In this document: in pieces, positions 58,961-64,000 of the stretch
Layout of the letters: each line of letters opens with the position of its first letter
Position numbering within the stretch: position 1 is the stretch's first letter
The notes under the pieces: generated by a model
The model's database searches: none
What the model saw: the letters and a program-made list of their open reading frames with translations, nothing else
Told to the model about the DNA's origin: nothing
Translations under genes and position numbers: made by a program
Source: Promethearchaeota archaeon
GTDB taxonomy: Archaea > Asgardarchaeota > Lokiarchaeia > Sigyniarchaeales > SOKP01
NCBI GenBank assembly: GCA_019058445.1
Contig: JAHPZA010000010.1
Span: 480,001 to 544,000 of the forward strand
Length of the DNA: 64,000 nt
Direction of reading: 5' to 3'

Positions 58961-59503
58961 CTAATTGTTGTTCAGAACAATTTTATGGGTAAATTTATGA
59001 GAGCGCAGAAAAGTGCCTCCCACTGGGCAAACTTGCTCTACTCGTTCTAAAACTTTTTTAATTGTACTTAATTTTTCAGTCGAATCAATAAACCAAGTTT
59101 GAGTTATATTAAAGAATCCCGGTAAAGGAGCCTTTTTACTTAACATCGCGGATCGTTTATCTAAAGTAGCTTCAACCCTTACCTTAATAGAATTTGCCTT
59201 AATATTCGAAAATGAAAAATAGAGAAGGGTGGTAATTTCTAAGCAGTTCGCGTAGGTTGCCAGTAACGATTGCATAGGAGAAGGATTTCCACTCTTCCCT
59301 CCCAGGTCTTGAGGTCCATCATTTTCAATTTCAAGATCATTAATTTTTGCTTTTACATGTAAATTCTCAATTTGTTCAGATTCAGCAACCAATTTTGAAA
59401 TAAATACTTTATCTCCCTCTTCAGTGAACCCTAATTCTTGCATTTTATTAAATCTATTTATATAGGCAGTTCGAGATTCCTCTGTTATTAATTTTTTACT
59501 CAT
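58961..59503 (-). CDS. OsmC/Ohr family protein
   Basis: D.P..LGG....PSP...LLA..A.C and CPV Cys pair. Confidence 0.87.
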   Translation of the reverse strand: MSKKLITEESRTAYINRFNKMQELGFTEEGDKVFISKLVAESEQIENLHVKAKINDLEIENDGPQDLGGKSGNPSPMQSLLATYANCLEITTLLYFSFSNIKANSIKVRVEATLDKRSAMLSKKAPLPGFFNITQTWFIDSTEKLSTIKKVLERVEQVCPVGGTFLRSHKFTHKIVLNNN

Positions 59504-59550
59504 AACCGATTTAATTAAAAGAAAAATTAATAATTTTTGAAATAACTGAT

Positions 59551-60072
59551 TTAGTCTTTCTTAAGATTAAGCGGTTGTTTTGCCAAGAATTCTATTATTT
59601 TTTTACGATACTTCTTAGTGTATTCATTACTTGGCCTGGACTTGCATGATCTGCATTGAAAATCGTAAGCAGAATTTATTGTGCCACATTTAGCGCAAGA
59701 ATAATAATCCTTCATATCATCCAGCCATTTCTCATATCCCTTGGTTTTGATTTGTTCTTGTGCATCCCATAAGTCAAATCGATGTGGTGCTTGAGCTTGG
59801 AATTCTTTTATATCATCGCAGGGATATTCATCACATTCACCACAGAAATCTATTCCTTTTTCCTTAACACAGGGATATAGTTTACACATTGTATCACAAT
59901 ATGGAAGACGTTTATCAGATCGACAACCATTACACTTTATTTCTTCTTCAGTGAAGCCAAATTGTTTAGCAAGAAATTTAAGACGGACTGGATCCTCTTG
60001 TGTAGCAATAAATATTGAGCAGCCTGGACAATAAAGACCACAAACAGCCGCATGTGTCTTGTCATATTTCAT
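59551..60072 (-). CDS. DUF3795 Cys-rich protein
   Basis: CGLYC.GC, C.GC.S, C...C...KG..FCGEC.EYPC, C-terminal CAKCG..C..C. Confidence 0.87.
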   Translation of the reverse strand: MKYDKTHAAVCGLYCPGCSIFIATQEDPVRLKFLAKQFGFTEEEIKCNGCRSDKRLPYCDTMCKLYPCVKEKGIDFCGECDEYPCDDIKEFQAQAPHRFDLWDAQEQIKTKGYEKWLDDMKDYYSCAKCGTINSAYDFQCRSCKSRPSNEYTKKYRKKIIEFLAKQPLNLKKD

Positions 60073-60224
60073 AGTAAGAACTAATTTTTTCTGTAAATTT
60101 AATCTTATCCTTTATTCTGATAATTTTATTATTCAAAAATAAATTTATATCCCTAAATTAAACATTTTTTTTGAATACTTTGAGACAAGACATTAAATAT
60201 TTAATTTTTGAAATATTTTAATGG

Positions 60225-61709
60225 TTGATTGTTATGGCAAAAAAGAAAAAAGAAGCGCCTATTACGGGAATTACAGTTTCGAAAGACGAGGATTTTTCTG
60301 CGTGGTATACTGAAATAATTGAGAAAGCTGAATTGGCAGATATTAGATACAATGTAAAAGGGTTTGTATGTTATAGACCGTGGGCAACTATTAGCATTAG
60401 AAAGATGTATAGAAAATACGAAGACCTTCTGGAAAAAAATGGACACTTACCACTCACAATGCCTTCCTTAATTCCCGAAAGCAATCTTATGCTAGAGGCT
60501 GACCATGTGGAAGGTTTTGCTCCTGAAGTGTTTTGGGTAACCGAGGCAGGAAGCTCTGGTCCTTTAAGCGAGAAATTAGCGCTTCGCCCTACTAGTGAAA
60601 CGGCGCTATATCCAATGTATAGCATTTGGATTAGAAGTTATAAAGATTTACCATTCAAAAGATACCAATCGTGTCAAGTGTGGCGATATGAAGGGAAAAT
60701 GACTCGTCCGTTTTTTAGAGGTAGGGAATTTCATTGGATAGAAGCCCACGATGTTTTTGCAACTGAGGAAGATGCAATGGCTCAAGTTCATGAAGATATG
60801 GAAATGACTTATCAAATGCTTCAAGATGAATTCTGTATTCCAGTAATCTTTTTTGAACGCCCACAATGGGATAAATTTTCGGGAGCAGAAAAAACTTTCG
60901 CAGCAGACGCGCTTATGGGATCTGGAAAAGTACTTCAACTCCCTTCAACTCATTTACTTGGTCAGAACTTCTCTAAACCATTCAATGTAAAATTTATTGA
61001 TAAAGATGGAAAGGAAAAATATGGTTATCAAACTTGTTACGGTCCCGCTATAAGTCGGATTTACGGTGCAATGATAGCTTATTTAGGAGATGATAAAGGT
61101 TTAATCTTACCGTTCGAATTAGCACCTACTCAGATAATAATCATACCAATCCTAGTAAAAGGAAAAGAAAAAAAAGTATTGGAAAAGTGTGAAGAAGTTT
61201 ATGAAAAGCTTAAAGAAAAATATATAATAAAATTGGATGATTCCGATGAATCACCTGGAAGTAAATTCTATTATTGGGAGATGAAAGGTGTTCCTTTTAG
61301 AATTGAAATTGGACCAAAGGATATCCAGAAAAATCAAGTGGTAATTGTAAAAAGGCATGATGGACATAAGTATTTCGTAAGCGAAAAGGATTTAGAAAAT
61401 AAAATTGAAGATCTTGCTAAAAATTATACCAAGGAGATAAAAGAGAAGAAATTACTTGATTTTGAAGATCAAATCGAACTATGCTATGAGCGAGATTCTG
61501 CGAAAGAAGCCATTGAACAAGGTAAAATTGTGTGCTGCGGGTTTTGCTCAATTGATATGAAAGCCTATCACTGTGCTGAAGTTATTGAAAAAGAGGTTGG
61601 TGGTTTTGTAAGAGGAAAGCGGGTTGATGAAGAAAAGCACGAATTCGCAAGTTGTATAATTTGTGGAGAACCTGCCACTTGCACAGTCTATATTGCTAAA
61701 AGTTATTAA
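60225..61709 (+). CDS. proS: Proline--tRNA ligase (archaeal/eukaryotic type)
   Basis: DFSAWY, HVEGFAPEV, LRPTSET, RYE..TRPF.R.REF.W.E.H, H.LGQNFSK, GDDKGL.LP, C-terminal Zn site and AKSY. Start likely ATG 60234. Confidence 0.97.
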   Translation: MIVMAKKKKEAPITGITVSKDEDFSAWYTEIIEKAELADIRYNVKGFVCYRPWATISIRKMYRKYEDLLEKNGHLPLTMPSLIPESNLMLEADHVEGFAPEVFWVTEAGSSGPLSEKLALRPTSETALYPMYSIWIRSYKDLPFKRYQSCQVWRYEGKMTRPFFRGREFHWIEAHDVFATEEDAMAQVHEDMEMTYQMLQDEFCIPVIFFERPQWDKFSGAEKTFAADALMGSGKVLQLPSTHLLGQNFSKPFNVKFIDKDGKEKYGYQTCYGPAISRIYGAMIAYLGDDKGLILPFELAPTQIIIIPILVKGKEKKVLEKCEEVYEKLKEKYIIKLDDSDESPGSKFYYWEMKGVPFRIEIGPKDIQKNQVVIVKRHDGHKYFVSEKDLENKIEDLAKNYTKEIKEKKLLDFEDQIELCYERDSAKEAIEQGKIVCCGFCSIDMKAYHCAEVIEKEVGGFVRGKRVDEEKHEFASCIICGEPATCTVYIAKSY

Positions 61710-61878
61710 ATTTGTTAAATAAATACTGTATTTCTTTAAAGAATTCATCCAGTTAATGAAAAAACAATAATTTAACACCTAAAAAATAAGAAAAAATTAA
61801 TGAATTAAAGGCGGAAAGCGAAAACTATCCAAAGAAGATATTCAAGATTTAGAATTTAAAGAAAAATAGAATCATCGC

Positions 61879-62052
61879 TTAGGTTGGGCGTTTTGGAAGA
61901 GGTGTTAGTGAAAGTCTTTTATCTTCTTTTTTAAAGAAATCTTGTTCATCCCCTCTTTTACCGCACTTTAAGCACTGGTAAATTAGAGGTGGAAAATGGA
62001 TAATTATTTTAGGAGTTTCTTGGCTCCCACATTCAGGGCATTCATACTTCAT
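61879..62052 (-). CDS. Zinc-ribbon microprotein, copy 1 (57 aa; not in ORF track)
   Basis: MKYECPECGSQETPKIIIHFPPLIYQCLKCGKRGDEQDFFKKEDKRLSLTPLPKRPT. Confidence 0.85.
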   Translation of the reverse strand: MKYECPECGSQETPKIIIHFPPLIYQCLKCGKRGDEQDFFKKEDKRLSLTPLPKRPT

Positions 62053-62194
62053 TTCTTTTTAATCACTTTTAGCTTTTAAAATACATATATAATAGATCAT
62101 TCTATCAACATGATTGTTGGGATAAATTAAATAATTTATAAAATATGTTATTATTTGTTAAAGTAAGAATATCATTTGTTTTTTTATATTTTAT

Positions 62195-62386
62195 TTAAGA
62201 AATATAGTGAATAGGTGCTGCTCTAGCTTGATCCTCTTTAATAAACTCCTTTTCAGATCCTTTTTTTTTGCATTCTATACATTCAACTATTATTGGAGGG
62301 TAATATTGAACTATTTTTGGTTTTTTCATACACCCACATCTAGGACATTGATATCTCATTGTTTTTTGATCACTTTTTTTTTTCAT
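62195..62386 (-). CDS. Zinc-ribbon microprotein, copy 2
   Basis: MRYQCPRCG....PKI...YPP....C.EC.KKG.EKEF.KED, homologous to both flanking copies. Confidence 0.85.
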   Translation of the reverse strand: MKKKSDQKTMRYQCPRCGCMKKPKIVQYYPPIIVECIECKKKGSEKEFIKEDQARAAPIHYIS

Positions 62387-62831
62387 AATTAGAATTATTT
62401 TAAATGAACCTTATTGAGCCCAATAAATTTTATATAATGCACATTTAAAATATGCGATTTTTTTCTTAAAACATTTAAATTAATCATAATCGTTTGTTTC
62501 AATATTTAAAACCATCTATAAAATTTTTGAATGATTAACTTTTCATAATTCAATTCAAATCAAATTCTTTAAAAAGTTCGCTAAATAAGAGGAGTTGCTT
62601 AAAGATTTTATTAAAATGCGAATATAAATTACAATTTTTTAGATATAGTATTAAAATTAACCTAACTATCCTTAGAGAAATTTTAACCTTTTCAAATATT
62701 CCATATTAAATCCAACTCTTTCTCATCAATTATTAGATAATAGTGCTCTCTGAAGAAATATAATTATTGGTTAATTGAAATTACATAATCTTTCATATCA
62801 GCTAACTTTCAATTTTAAAAAAAAGATAAAA

Positions 62832-63005
62832 TTAAGAAGGACGTTTAGGGAGGGGTGTAAATTGAGGGGTTTTATCCTCCTTTTTAAAGAATTCTTTTTC
62901 ATCTCCTTTTTTACCACATTCTACACATTGATAAATTGGAGGAGGAAAATGACTAATTATCTTGGGTGGTTCTTGGCTCCCACATTCGGGGCATTCATAC
63001 TCCAT
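62832..63005 (-). CDS. Zinc-ribbon microprotein, copy 3 (57 aa; not in ORF track)
   Basis: MEYECPECGSQEPPKIISHFPPPIYQCVECGKKGDEKEFFKKEDKTPQFTPLPKRPS, with a GAGGAG SD; 43/57 identical to copy 1. Confidence 0.87.
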   Translation of the reverse strand: MEYECPECGSQEPPKIISHFPPPIYQCVECGKKGDEKEFFKKEDKTPQFTPLPKRPS

Positions 63006-63360
63006 TTTTTTTAATCTCCTCTATCTTTTACAAACACATTTAATATTAAACCTTTTTATCCATACCATCTATTTAAACCAAAAAGTGTTTTAAGTAACCT
63101 TGCTTTATCCCATTAACCCTTACTTAATGGTTTTATACTGAAGAAATATGAGTATAAAGTTTTATTTATAGTTTTGTCTTTGTTTTTGAAAAGCATCTTG
63201 ATTTGTCCTTGATTAAGATATATACGTTTTCTAATCAAGTTTTAAAATTGAATATAAAAAATTTCATTTGTGTAAAATTGTTTGTTATACTATAACAAAA
63301 TGTAAAAAAAAAGTGTGTCAATAAAAACTCCAATTAATTTTATACTAGTAAGAGAACTTA

Positions 63361-63939
63361 ATGGTAACTATACGAATGATAACTACAATATCTAACGACC
63401 TAAAATCAGTGTTTCTTGAAGATTATACTTGTGAAAAATTAGGATTAATTTTATCAAAATTAGAAATTCCGCCTTTTTTAGGCTGTTTTGTAGCGGATAA
63501 AAATGGTAAGACATTAATCAAATTCGAGATATTTGAAGGAGCTTTAGATTTCTTTATAAAAAAAGGTTTAAATAATAGAGAGAAGAATAATTGCCTTGAC
63601 ATCGAGCTTATTCCTATGTTTATTAGCGCCCTTGAACGGTTTTCAGCGGAAATAAATATTAAAGACTTAGCTGGCTTCAAATTAGAGGGCAAAAACATCA
63701 AACTTCAAACTTTTTTTGATTTTGAAGATTATTCTGTAATTTTTTTATTGAATCCTGAAGTTGATATCAAATTGGTAGATTCACAGATAAGGACCTACTT
63801 TTCCTTTCTATTCGAAGTATATCATACTGAATTCCAGAATTTTAAGAAAATGAGTTCAGTGGATTATGTTTCGCATTTAGAATTAATCGGAAGGATCTGG
63901 TTAAAAGATTTAAATAAGATTTATTTACAGAATAGCTAA
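63361..63939 (+). CDS. Longin/roadblock-like domain protein
   Basis: FVADKNGKTL, LIPMFISALERFSAEI, F.LEG; resembles the 48715..49125 protein pattern. Confidence 0.6.
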   Translation: MVTIRMITTISNDLKSVFLEDYTCEKLGLILSKLEIPPFLGCFVADKNGKTLIKFEIFEGALDFFIKKGLNNREKNNCLDIELIPMFISALERFSAEINIKDLAGFKLEGKNIKLQTFFDFEDYSVIFLLNPEVDIKLVDSQIRTYFSFLFEVYHTEFQNFKKMSSVDYVSHLELIGRIWLKDLNKIYLQNS

Positions 63940-64000
63940 ATAGAGCTATAGAACAACAAATATTAGCCATTAAATTTCATAACTCTATTTGTTTAGTTTT

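Noticed and set aside
62775-63014. 79-aa plus-strand ORF (and 62207..62392)
   Set aside because: Antisense shadows of the zinc-ribbon microprotein genes.
2873-63701. Numerous short ORFs antisense to or nested in long genes (e.g. 2873, 24362, 32274, 40389, 60648, 11456)
   Set aside because: They overlap well-supported genes and carry no motifs; typical shadow ORFs.

Overview
An AT-rich archaeal chromosomal window. The gene mix points to an Asgard archaeon, most likely Lokiarchaeia (inference): archaeal histone, TFB, archaeal/eukaryote-type ProRS, proteasome beta, gelsolin-domain protein, longin-like proteins, DUF106/EMC3-family insertase and a complete ubiquitin-type conjugation cluster. The centrepiece (about 11.6-22.7 kb) is a ubiquitin/proteasome neighbourhood. 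It holds a beta subunit lacking the catalytic Thr, a coiled-coil RING(C4HC3) protein, a Ubl ending in a single Gly (-STAG), a UBA2/UBA3-like E1, an E2, a CSN5/Rpn11-like JAMM protease and a polytopic membrane protein with a degenerate RING. It also holds a second, multidomain protein whose C-terminal Ubl ends -STAG-FF. A second highlight is a 775-aa fusion of a compact EF-G-like translational GTPase to a YqgF/Tex-type RNase H domain. Items the ORF track misses include two extra zinc-ribbon microproteins, a hydrophobic microprotein, a pseudogene remnant, a candidate leader peptide with alternative pairing upstream of asd, and a long intergenic hairpin. The rest is metabolism and stress genes (asd, proBA, rhaA, type II PanK, GlpA-like trio, Prx/Fur/AhpD). 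No rRNA, tRNA, CRISPR array or transposase was recognised. All calls come from motif recognition by eye; no database searches were run.
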